From contig OX597819.1 of NCBI GenBank assembly GCA_951406725.2, forward strand, positions 127,658,001 through 127,722,000: 64,000 bases of DNA. The letters are read 5' to 3'. The position numbers were made by a program, and so were the translations under genes. Numbering within the stretch: the stretch's first letter is position 1; each line of letters opens with the position of its first letter. Source of the stretch: Octopus vulgaris (taxonomy: Eukaryota). The notes below the pieces were generated by a model. That model did no database searches. It was not told the origin of the DNA and saw only the letters and a program-made list of their open reading frames with translations. Positions 41,242-53,099 of this stretch are shown in pieces.

Positions 41242-41593
41242 AAACAATTGCAGCGTGGAAGGTTTTTTATAAGCCATTTAAGAAACACACAAAAACCGTT
41301 AGATTCACTTCAACATTTAAATTTAATTTGTCAAAATATTTTCGTCGGCCCTCACAGATATACATATATATGTACACACACACACATGTGTAGCACGAAG
41401 TTTTGTCAGTGAACAGGTCGCGGTCTCAAAGCGACGAAAATATTTTGACAAATTAAATTTAAATGTTGAAGTGAATCTAACGGTTTTTTGTGTGTTTCTT
41501 AAATGGTTTATAAACACCTTCCACGCTGCAATTGTTTTCGTTCCAGCACACGTTCTCAGATCAAGTCACTCGCTATGCAAGTACATCTCCGTA
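41242..41593 (+). mobile_element. Fold-back element family F1, copy 3 (short arm and microsatellite spacer)
   Basis: Left arm 41242-41347, spacer, sense copy 41391-41593; hammerhead-like motif at 41402-41452. Confidence 0.9.
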
Positions 41594-41605
41594 ATATATA
41601 TATAT

Positions 41606-42139
41606 ATTAAACTGCGGTTGCAGAACAAACAAATACAGGATGATCCACGTAACATTTCATATCTCGAACATTTAATCATCACATAATACTTTTTCCTTTC
41701 ACATAGAATATACATGTATAACATCACAGAAGATGCAACATAATTCATCAGTACAAGCGTATAAGAAAATACAAGAAAAATGCATGAATACAGTTCATCT
41801 CGGTTAAAAGTTAACGATTAATATATGTATAATCGCTAAAGTATTAATCGTTAACTTTTAACCGAGATGAACTGTATTCACGCATTTTTCTTGTATTTTC
41901 TTATACGCTTGTACTGATGAATTGTGTTGCATCTTCTGTGATGTTATACATGTATACTCTATGTGAAAGAAAAAGAATTATGTGATGATTAAATGTTCGA
42001 GATATGAAATGTTACGTGGATCACCCTGTATTTGTTTGTTCTGCAACCACAGTTTAATATATTTGTCTCATTTAATTGAGCACTTCTATAGCAGTCCTAT
42101 TAAACATTTGTTCCTGATAAGAAACAATTACTGTATTAT

Positions 42140-42141
<2 letters not shown>
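41606..42141 (+). mobile_element. Fold-back element family F2: ~217-bp arms, 18-bp spacer, ~80-bp tail, in (TA)n
   Basis: 41606-41823 is the reverse complement of 41842-42058 with about 7 differences counted by eye. Confidence 0.9.
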
Positions 42142-42185
<44 letters not shown>

Positions 42186-42643
42186 CCATGTATGTAAATA
42201 TACATAAAATGACCCCTTTTGGTCATGAATGACCATGGGACTGTGACTAGAAAGTTCCCCACCGAGGCACAAGTCCGGTCAAATTTATTTATGGAAGGCC
42301 AGCAATCCTCCCTGCATACCGACCTTCCCTTTCCGTACCACCTGTATAATCGAATACAGAGTAGGCCGAGAAGTAGTCATCGAAGACATTCGTATCAGGT
42401 ATTTAAAATGAGTTTATACGTATAATTATGAACATATAAATGAATATACACATACAATATCCATATACATCAACCGGGTTACCTATCTGTGCAATACCCT
42501 AGAACTATTATACAGACAGAAATCCACACTGTTTACGTACGTCAAGCTTCATTCACAAGTCTTGTACGAGACTTGTCCGAGGTGCTATGAAGCTGCGGTA
42601 GATCTGCATCTATCACTTTGGTCGGTATTATATATTTGAATCT

Positions 42644-43024
42644 GAGGCGCAATGGCCCAGTGGTTAGGGCAGCGGACTCGCGGTCGTAGGATCGCGGTTT
42701 CGATTCCCAGACCAGGCGTTGTGAGTGTTTATTGAGCGAAAGCACCTAAAAGCTCCACGATGCTCCGACAGGGGGTGGTAGTGAATCCTGCTGTACTCTT
42801 TCACCGCAACTTTCTCTCACTCTTACTTCCTGTTTCTGTTGTACCTGTATTTCAAAGGGCCGGCCTTGTCACTCTCTGTGTCACGCTGAATATCCCCGAG
42901 AACTACGTTAAGGGTACACGTGTCTGTGGAGTGCTCAGCCACTTACACGTTAATTTCACGTGCAAGCTGTTCCGTTGATCGGATCAACCGGAACCCTCGT
43001 CGTCGTAACCGACGGAGTGCTTCC
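42644..43024 (+). mobile_element. SINE family D, full length
   Basis: tRNA-like head; TSD ATATTTGAATCT at 42632-42643 and 43025-43036; near-identical to 60788-61170. Confidence 0.9.
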
Positions 43025-43382
43025 ATATTTGAATCTCATAGTTATGTCTGTGACCATAATTAGTTGGGTGAAATTATGAAAAAATTGAAAAAAGCTGATT
43101 GAAAATGAAATATTAATGATTTCGTATTTCAAATAGAATTCAAAAGTTAAACACCTTTAAACAATTTACTTTTAAACAAAAACCAAAACGAACAGCACTT
43201 TTGTTACAACCTAGTATATCAAGAGTTTGTGTTGTATAGAATTTGATATACCTGTGTTTGTGTATGTTGTTTGCTATGAGGCTCTGGCTTGAAGAATTTT
43301 AATCGAGCGGATGGACCTCAGTACTTATGTATTTCTTATCAGGCTGATACTTATTTTAATGGCGTGACGCAAAGGCAGCACA

Positions 43383-43460
<78 letters not shown>

Positions 43461-43464
<4 letters not shown>

Positions 43465-43640
43465 GGAGTAAACACATAAATGTGAAACAAGGCGGAGAAA
43501 AGAGTACTCAAATACCAGTGGTAGAGTAATAATATGCTTTATTTAAAGCAGCAGAAAATTCAACAAAACCTGTAACTCTGAGTTTCACGTTCCCGTTCGT
43601 CGGCCAGGTTTTGTTGAATTTTCTGCTGCTTTAAATAAAG
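43461..43640 (-). mobile_element. Fold-back element family F3 with hammerhead in the loop, in (TA)n
   Basis: 36-bp arms 43537-43572 and 43605-43640; tail 43461-43536. Confidence 0.85.
43569..43608 (-). ncRNA. Hammerhead ribozyme, U4C variant (CCGACGA)
   Basis: Minus strand CCTGG-CCGACGA-ACG(GGAA)CGT-GAAA-CTCAGAG-TT-ACAGG. Confidence 0.7.
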
Positions 43641-43787
43641 TATATATATATATATATATATATAATAAATATTAGGGAATAAATCCAAATTTACAGGGAA
43701 AAAAATCAGATTTAGGATTAAATCCAATTTTATAGTAAAATATTATATAATATTATTGTTTTGCAAAATAGTGGTTTTGTCTCTAAT

Positions 43788-43829
<42 letters not shown>

Positions 43830-43832
<3 letters not shown>

Positions 43833-44528
43833 CAATTAAGGACAACTACTTAATAAGGAAAACTTAAGAAGAAATTGTCAGGTAGATAGCGTAAAAACCT
43901 CATAAGAGAAAAAATTTCGAAAATAATTATTTCTTATTGAACATATTAATTTATATATAGAGGGCATTATACATACATGCCAGAAGGCATTATACATACA
44001 TGCCAAACGCTAAGAGGGACAATTAGTCATTTCTACCAAAAATATTACTAATCCCACCGAATGCAATTTTTCAAAGTAAGACATTTAAAAAATATAGACC
44101 TGTATCACAGTGATTTCATACTTACGTACTCATCAGCAGGCCTGAATGCATTATAAATAAACAACGACCCTGCCCCGCTTAAGTCGATCAGCTAACTGTT
44201 CAACATCAACGAAGCACATGGGTGAGTTTACATATATTACATCCGGTCAAATGGCAAACTTTTACGAATTGCATTTCGGGAGAGGAAAAGTTTTTTCGGA
44301 ATAAAAATTTAGCAATTAAGGACAACTACTTAATAAGGAAAACTTAAGAAGAAATTGTCAAATCACTGTGATACAGGTCTATATTTTTTAAATGTCTTAC
44401 TTTGAAAAATTGCATTCGGTGGGATTAGTAATATTTTTGGTAGAAATGACTAATTGTCCCTCTTAGCGTTTGGCATGTATGTATAATGCCTTCTGGCATG
44501 TATGTATAATGCCCTCTATATATAAATT

Positions 44529-44530
<2 letters not shown>
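43830..44530 (-). mobile_element. PLE pLTR-type element family F4: direct repeat plus 5' inverted arm, in (TA)n
   Basis: Direct repeat 43830-43880 and 44310-44360; inverted repeat 43948-44115 and 44360-44528. Confidence 0.9.
44096..44143 (-). ncRNA. Type I hammerhead ribozyme, canonical core
   Basis: Minus strand AGGCCTG-CTGATGA-GTAC(GTAA)GTAT-GAAA-TCACTGTGA-TA-CAGGTCT: 7-bp stem I, GNRA-capped stem II, near-palindromic stem III. Confidence 0.85.
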
Positions 44531-44562
<32 letters not shown>

Positions 44563-44564
44563 GA

Positions 44565-44700
44565 TGGTCATTTTTCAGTTTCCACTCACAAAGTTTTGAT
44601 CAGCCCGAGGCCTTAGCAGAAAACACTCACCCAGGGTGCCACGCTGTGGAAGTGAACCTGAAATCATGTGGTTGGGAAACAAACTTCTTACTTGCAGAGT
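44565..44700 (-). mobile_element. SINE family B, 5' half, diverged
   Basis: Homology to family B head. Confidence 0.65.
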
Positions 44701-44761
44701 CATACAGACACGCTCACACATACCTATCTATATACACTTAAACATACAAATACATATATAC

Positions 44762-44809
<48 letters not shown>

Positions 44810-44824
44810 CTTTTGATGGAAAAA

Positions 44825-44860
<36 letters not shown>

Positions 44861-45269
44861 ATATGTATATCATGTACCTTCCCACAAATGTTCTGTCTTT
44901 TCGTTACTTTGTTCCAGAATGGAATAGTATTATACAACTTTTATAAGTCTTCACTGACTGGTGAAGTTCAATCCGTGGGTGTTCAGCTTTTACACCCGAA
45001 GGTCGATACATCTAGCGGAGATATAACCAGGGAATAATTCCCACGCTTATTCTATGAAATACACAGTAGATTAATTTTGAATAAGAAAAATAGCTTTGGA
45101 AAAGAACATATTCATTGTATGTAAACATTTTCAGAAATAAAATTATAATTGAGATAAGCAAATTAATAGATTTTAATCAATCGTAGAATTAAGATTATCA
45201 AGACGGCTAGAGCACTAAATTAATTACTTTACAGTAATTATTTTCGTCTCTTTTCTCTCGATTCCCATT

Positions 45270-45427
45270 TCAGATCCCGCCAGAATCAGGAAGTATCTGT
45301 AATAAATTTTCGAGAGGAGACGATCCATTCATCCGTGCGCTTCTACTTGAGTGGTTTTCTTTGTACTTAAACAACAAATCATCAAGATGATTAGCATTGT
45401 CGCCGAAGACTCCTAAAGTTAAGCCTG
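45270..45427 (-). other. Candidate exon (unassigned)
   Basis: Polypyrimidine tract plus TAG|CAG acceptor; non-repetitive open frame GLTLGVFGD..RSAR..LPDSGGI*; no homology recognised. Confidence 0.25.
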
Positions 45428-45610
45428 CTATAGAAAATGAAGTATAATGAGAGAAACAATCATTTTTATCTCCAAATAGATATGAAATGAGACATTCCTT
45501 TTGTATCAGACATCTTGCACACACGCACACACATACATACATATATATACATACTTACTTAATACATAAATATATATATATATATATATATATACATATT
45601 TGTGTGTGTG

Positions 45611-45650
<40 letters not shown>

Positions 45651-45664
45651 CATATATATATATA

Positions 45665-45712
<48 letters not shown>

Positions 45713-46098
45713 AATGTACGTATGTATGTATATTAAATATAAGCGACAGAAGCGCTAACAATACCAAAAAGTAGTCTTTGTATCTAACTTAACGTGGATG
45801 TTTCTTAGCCTTGACAGATCCTCTCATATACGCGCATAGAACGTAGCAGACGAGAATCCGACAGTCATGACTGACGATTGCCATCTGCTACGATATATTT
45901 CGGTGCCTTTATGCACCAAGCGCCTACTTGAAAGGATTTTTCAAGACCAGTAATGCAGCATTTGGTATTCTAACAAGACATCCATGTTGACAAATGAGTC
46001 GGCTTGTCGGATAACTACATTTCCGTAATAACATTCGCTCTGCGCGTTTTGATTCAAATCTGGTCGAAGTCGTGTTTTTTACTCCCTTTAATCCTTCT

Positions 46099-46329
46099 TA
46101 TTTCTTTATTGCCCACAAGGGGCTAAACATAGAAGGGACAAGCAAGGACAGACAAAGGGATTAAGTCGATTACATCGACTCCAGTACGTAACTGGTACTT
46201 AATTTATCGACCCCGAAAGGATGAAAGGCAAAGTCGACCTCGGCGGAATTTGAACTCAGAACGTAGCGGCAGACGAAATACGGCTACGCATTTCGCCCAG
46301 CGTGCTAACGTTTCTGCCAGCTAGCCGCT
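46099..46329 (-). mobile_element. SINE family A, single body
   Basis: TSD CCCTTTAATCCTTCT at 46084-46098 and 46336-46350. Confidence 0.9.
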
Positions 46330-47243
46330 TTAACCCCCTTTAATCCTTCTGGCTCAGTCGTTAAGTACGGCACAGTCAGTATGTGGAATCGATTTTTCTT
46401 TCGGCTAGATTACCTTTGAGCTGCGCAAATACCCGTCCAACGACAGGTGAAGTGACAAACCAGATAAATCAGGCAAATCGCTTAAAGCAGAATGAATAAT
46501 TTCAGTGGAACCTACAGACTCTCCATAAAGCAAAATAAGTGCAAGGAAACAAGGACTATTTTCGATATGATCTAGTTATACGGCATGTTGCTTTGTAACT
46601 AATCGCTTACTATTTTACTCGTTAATTCAAGTGCGCTTATAGACTTGTCCGAGCACCGAAGCACCGGACATCAATTAAATGTTTCAGCGTTTTTCCTTTC
46701 CTTATTTCTTTCTTTTTCTTTCCTTCTTTCCTTGTTTCTTTGTCTTTGTCCTTTATTTCTCCTTTTCTTTCTTTACAATTTATCTATTTACTTTGTGGGT
46801 CCACAATAAAAGGTTTTCCTGCCACCCTGCCCTCTTTATCTAGAAATACGTTATCCAGCGTGTCCTTCTTTTGAGACAGAGGATGATTTCAGAAAGATCC
46901 GAAAACTACTTTTAGTAGTTATTTTGTTGTTGATGTTTTATCATCATTTCATTTGAGGGGATGGTGACAGTGCCTGTAGCCCTCCGTTCTAAACACACCC
47001 ATTCATTAATCTTATGTGTTTTTGATCGAATTGCTGATAAGAATCCTTTTATTAAAGTTTATTTCATCGGCAAGCAAAAAATATTGACCACAATAAAAAC
47101 AGAGAAAGAACGAAGCGCTCTTAACTGTATTGCAGAGCAGAGACTACGACGACGACGACGATGCTCCCGTGTGTTTGCTGCACTTACGTACGGAACATCT
47201 TTAAACTGTCACTCAAAGTGCTCAACTGACCTCAATTCGTAGC

Positions 47244-47822
47244 TTTCTTCTTCTTCTTCTTCTTCTTCTTCTTCTTCTTCTTCTTCTTCTTCTTCTCCTC
47301 CTCCTCCTCCTCCTCCTTCTTCTTCTTCTTCTCCTCGTTCTCCTCCTCCTCTCCTCCACGTTCTTCTTCATCGTCTTCTTCTTCTCCTCCTCCTCATCCT
47401 CCACGTTCTTCTCTTTCTTCTTCTTCTTCTTCTTCTTCTTCCTTCTTCTTCTTCTTCTTCTTCTTCTTCTTCTTCTTCTTTTTCTTCTTTTTCTTCTTCT
47501 TCTTCTTCTTCTTCTTCTCGTTCTCCTCCTCCTCACCTCCACGTTCTTCTCTTTCTTCGTCTTCTTCTTCTTCTTTTCCTTCTTCTTCTCTTTCTCCTCG
47601 TTCTCCTTTTCTTCCTCGTCGTCGTCGTCCTCCTTCTTATTCCTCTCATTCTCCTCCGCCACTTCCTCCTCTTTTTTTTCTCCTCCTTTTCTTCCTTTTT
47701 CTCCTCCTTTTCTTCCTTCTTCTCCGCCTTCTCATTCTCCTCCTCCTCCTCCTCCTTCTCCACCTCCCCATTCACCTCCTCATCTTCATCCCCAACTTCC
47801 TCTTCTTTTTCTTCGTTTCTCC
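47244..47822. repeat. Long (CTT)n/(CTC)n polypyrimidine tract
   Basis: About 580 bp almost purely C/T on the plus strand. Confidence 0.95.
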
Positions 47823-48174
47823 CGAAGGAGACGCTGTGAATGGCCTCTCCTGGACAACGTAGCCAGTTGTGTGAGCAAGTGTGTATGTGTGTATGTGCGT
47901 GTGTGTGCATGTGTGTGTATGTGTGTGTATGCGTGCGTCTGTGAGTGGGTGTGCATGAGAGAGATGAGGGGAAGAAAAATAATAAAAGACTTTATCAGTC
48001 AGAAGAAAATCAAATTGGACTTTGGTGAGACTTGAACTACCGTAAATAGCCGGAGCCTCAAATCGTGCATGACCCTGGCCGGCCTGATAGACGTATGCAC
48101 AAAATAATAAGAATGATCATTGCAGTAACACCTTTCATCATGTGTCTGTTGAATCAGAGCTCATTGGTATAAAA

Positions 48175-48774
48175 GGCGGCGAGCTGGCAGAAACGTTAGC
48201 ACGCCGGGCGAAATGCGTAGCCGAATTTTGGTCGGCCGTTACGTTCTAAGTTCAAATTCCGCCGAGGTCGACTTTGCCTTTCATCTTTTCGGGATCATTA
48301 AATTAAGTACCAGTTACGCAGTGGAGTCGATGTAAACGACTTAATCCGTTTGTCTGTCCTTGTTTGTCCCCTCTATATTTAGCCCCTTGTGGGCAATAAA
48401 GAAATAGGTATTTCGTCTGCCGCTACGTTCTGAGTTCAAATTCCGCAGAGGTCGACTTCACCTTTCATCCTTCCGGGGTCGATAAATTAAGTACCAGTGA
48501 CGTACTGGGGTCGATGTAATCGGCTTAATCCGTTTGTCTGTCCTTGTTTGTCCCCTCTATATTTAGCCCCTTGTGGGCAATAAAGAAATAGGTATTTCGT
48601 CTGCCGCTACGTTCTGAGTTCAAATTCCGCCGAGGTCGACTTAACCTTTCATCCTTCCGGGGTCGATAAATTAAGTACCAGTTACGCACTGGGGTCGATG
48701 TAATCGACTTAAACCGTTTGTCTGTCCTTGTTTGTCCCCTCTGTGTTTAGCCCCTTGTGGGTAGTAGAGAAATA
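48175..48774 (+). mobile_element. SINE family A trimer (184-bp body three times)
   Basis: Unit junctions at 48407 and 48591. Confidence 0.9.
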
Positions 48775-49100
48775 GAGGTTCTTTTCTTATCTGGGACTAA
48801 AAAATACAAGCTATATTTGTACATATTTTTCGATGCCCCTATATTTGCGTTCTAAGTATTAAAAAATTTCTTTTTGAAAATTTTTTACGGAAGAATGCAT
48901 GGCTTGAATCCCATAGGCTGCTTTTTACATCAAAGGGATTTTTACACTAGTGTATTATAAACTATTATTTTATAAATAGTTTGCTTCGAGATGTAGCCAG
49001 AATAATGACTTAAAAGAACTTATGTTCTTTTTTCTTTTTTATCAATTCTAATGACATTCAAGCAATTAGAGTACTAGTTAGCCTGTCAATTCAATATAAT

Positions 49101-49202
<102 letters not shown>

Positions 49203-49493
49203 CGCGGGTACATAGAAATAATCGGACTGAATACCCGATCGCGCGGTTAAACCATTGGGAGTGAAGGACATCTAGACTTTGCTAGGGCATCCTTCAAGGT
49301 GAAGGTAACTCAGGTAACTGTGATAACTCCGACATAAAACCTGCGGCTCAGTGGTTACCGATGACTCAGTCCACAGCCTTTCCTCACTTTAAAAAAATCT
49401 TCTTGCACAGGCATTGCACAGGCATTGCACGATAACAACATTGATTAAGCTTCGTGCAATGGCCATACTCGATAACGAGGGGACAGCCACCAC

Positions 49494-49524
<31 letters not shown>

Positions 49525-49532
49525 CACACACG

Positions 49533-49600
<68 letters not shown>

Positions 49601-49829
49601 TGTATATTGTCAGTGGATCAAATATCCGAAAAAGAAATATGCTCTAAAGGATAGATCAGTAATGTATTTACACGCATGTGCAGTAAAATATATGTCCCGT
49701 TATAGAAGACTCGTCAGACACTAATGACAGGGGTTATATGCCCTCCACCATTAGGGTCTGCGAAATCGTCTATAAGGCTAAACAATTGGTCACGATATAA
49801 GCGGACATATATTTAACTGCATGTAAATA

Positions 49830-49861
<32 letters not shown>

Positions 49862-49863
<2 letters not shown>

Positions 49864-50056
49864 CCATGATAGATCGTTAGCCACTACACACATTTTTTTC
49901 TCTCCTTGTTTCTCTCCTTGTTTTTTCTGTGTCCCTTTCTGTAGAATAGCGTAGGCTCGAAACGTAAAAGACTCTTTCTATTCCTGAGCGCTATATTAAT
50001 ACATCTGTTTGTTTCTACACCACCTGTCTTCGTCTTTTGTTTTTTTCGTAAACTCT

Positions 50057-50059
<3 letters not shown>
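49862..50059 (+). mobile_element. Short element between TA arrays with a hammerhead-like motif at 49935-49970
   Basis: CTTT-CTGTAGAA-TAGC(GTAG)GCTC-GAAA-CG-TA-AAAG. Confidence 0.55.
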
Positions 50060-50153
<94 letters not shown>

Positions 50154-50230
50154 AAATATAAGCAAGATTCTGTCAACTGAAATAGGAGCAGAATCACTGT
50201 AAATGTACTCGATCTGGTGAGAGATAAATT

Positions 50231-50517
50231 TTATTTAATGAACACAATATATATTTTATGTACTACTATTAGTCTCATGTGCTAGGAACAAACCAAATAG
50301 TGTTTTTTAACACAAATGGTGTCCTAGCACAATCACTAAACACTGCCCACATATCATAACGAGCTAAAAATGAGCGACCCATTTTATAGTTCGTTATGCC
50401 GTGTGGGCAGTGTCTGACGATTGTGCAAGAACACCAGCATGTTAAAAAACACAGTTTGGCATGTTCTCAGCACATGAAACTAATAGTAGCACACAAAAAC
50501 ATATATTCAGTTTATTA

Positions 50518-50522
<5 letters not shown>
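50231..50522. mobile_element. Old fold-back MITE (imperfect palindrome along its whole length)
   Basis: CTACTATTAGT/ACTAATAGTAG, TGTTTTTTAACA/TGTTAAAAAACA, ACACTGCCCACA/TGTGGGCAGTGT and CATAACGA/TCGTTATG pair symmetrically. Confidence 0.8.
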
Positions 50523-50572
<50 letters not shown>

Positions 50573-51564
50573 GTGTGTATATATTAAAATACATATGGGT
50601 GTGTGAATTCATGTGTTTGAGCCTCTATGTGTGTATGCATGGTTATGCACACAAAGACACACACATTGCTACACACATATTTGCATGGGTTATAAGAAAC
50701 ATGTACACACAAACAAGTAACTTCTCCATCTCTGTTTCCTCCTTCCTTCCTTCCTTCCTTCCTTCCTATCCTTTTATTTGCATATACTATCTTACTTTGT
50801 TGCTAATGTTATATTTTACTGTTGTAATTGTGCAAACCTTCGAATAAAGATATTCAAGCCTTAATCAACACTTTTTTTTGTTTCAAAGCTTCATGTTTGT
50901 AGGAAGAAAAATGGTCCAATGCTTCCTTCGGTTTATTGTTTAGACAACAGAATGCGATGTGAGGTTCGGTTTTGGCTGCGACTTCTAACACTTTGAATGA
51001 CCAGGCTGAGGTTTCTGCGTTGGCTCGGCTTTCTATGTGTATGTGTGAGGCAAGTTATGAAAGATAACATATACATTGGAGACCTAATCGGATCGTTAAG
51101 TCTTCGGAGAACTATTATCATAAGGACTGCGATTCGCTTTGTGTTCATTGTGGTATATTTGTTTACAGCGCGCACTCATATGTAAAATGGCAGGTAGGAG
51201 GGAAAAACAAAAAAACAACAAAGAAAAACTGTGACTGTTACAGATGGAAGCATAGCAATAAATATGCGTCTTTAGTGGATACAGATGGATATTCATACAC
51301 AGATACAGGCGTATGCTCCATAACTACATACATACTACACGCACATGTATATGCACACACACACACACACACACACATACACACACACACACACTCACAC
51401 ACACATACATCCATACGTAGACACACACACACATACATACATACGCACACACACACATACACACACATATATATATATACAACGACATATATACATACAT
51501 ATATGTGCGTGTGTGTGTGCGCGTATGTGCGTATATAGATATGGAAATTAACTTAGGCACAATA

Positions 51565-51870
<306 letters not shown>

Positions 51871-52232
51871 AATGAAGTACTACTATCTTTGTGTGTGCCT
51901 AATAAGGCTGTATAGTTTGGTTCAATAGTATTCAATTGATTGCAACGAAGCGTGCGTTATGTTGATTCGCTTCGTTTCTTGATTTTTGAGGGAAATATAT
52001 TTACGTGTGTATGTACTTTTATATGTGTGTGTACATGTCCGTGCCAATGTGCGTCCGTTTGTGACGTATATATACGTATGTACGCAAATGTATAGGCATA
52101 TTTACATATGCAAATACGTATATGCATATGCGTATACGTTATATATACATGCACACTCAAAGATATGAATATATATATATGTATATATGTGTATTTATAT
52201 GTGTATATATATACATACATACACACGCACAC

Positions 52233-52317
<85 letters not shown>

Positions 52318-52894
52318 AATATATATATATGCCACCGGATAACGAGACATGTACGTATATATGTGTTTGAGTGTATATTTGCGCACGTCTGTGTATCGGT
52401 GTGTTCCTTGTAAGAGCATGAATTTATGTATATACTCTAAGATCGATACACAGATATGGATAAGACAAATCTTTAGTGATAAAAACCCTTTTCAATGACT
52501 TATCGTTAACGATTCTCACTTTCTCTTTTCTCTTTCTGTCTCTCTCTCTTTTTCCCTCATTATATATGTATGTATATAAATGTATATATACACACACCTA
52601 TATATATATATATATATATGTATGTATATATAAATGTATATATTTATATATTGACATATATGTGTGGCGGTGTATATATAAATCTATATGCATTTATGTA
52701 TGTGTATATATATATCTACATACACACACACACACACATATATATATATATTTACACACATACACACATATCTAAATACATTCATATATACATACGTGAT
52801 ATACAAATACAGTCACTGAGAGAAAGAGAGAAAAACACAGACAGACAGACACAGTGAGAGTTTGGAAGAAATAGAGACCCAGACATAACGGTAT

Positions 52895-53025
52895 TCATCC
52901 TTTCGGAGTCGATTAAATAAGTACCAGTTACGCACTGGGGTCGATGTAATCGACTTAATCCGTTGGTCTGTCCTTGTTTGTCCCTTCTATGTTTAGCCCC
53001 TTCTGTGAAGTAAAGAAATAGGTAT
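52895..53025 (+). mobile_element. SINE family A, 3' fragment
   Basis: Homology. Confidence 0.85.
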
Positions 53026-53099
53026 TGTGTCATCTTTCAATATTCCGTTACTCAGAGTTTCATCCATCTGTTGTTGCACTGTACTCACATGGGATTTTC

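Noticed and set aside
41905-42025. Hammerhead in fold-back family F2 (CTGATGA followed by GAAA)
   Set aside because: Could not close stems I and III convincingly by eye; left uncalled pending a family consensus
45842-45892. Small hairpin as a possible pre-miRNA
   Set aside because: Only about 50 nt, with a loop of 0-2 nt and several mismatches; more like a DNA palindrome remnant
47222-47910. Arg/Lys/Glu-rich, protamine-like ORFs
   Set aside because: Derived entirely from the (CTT)/(CTC) tract
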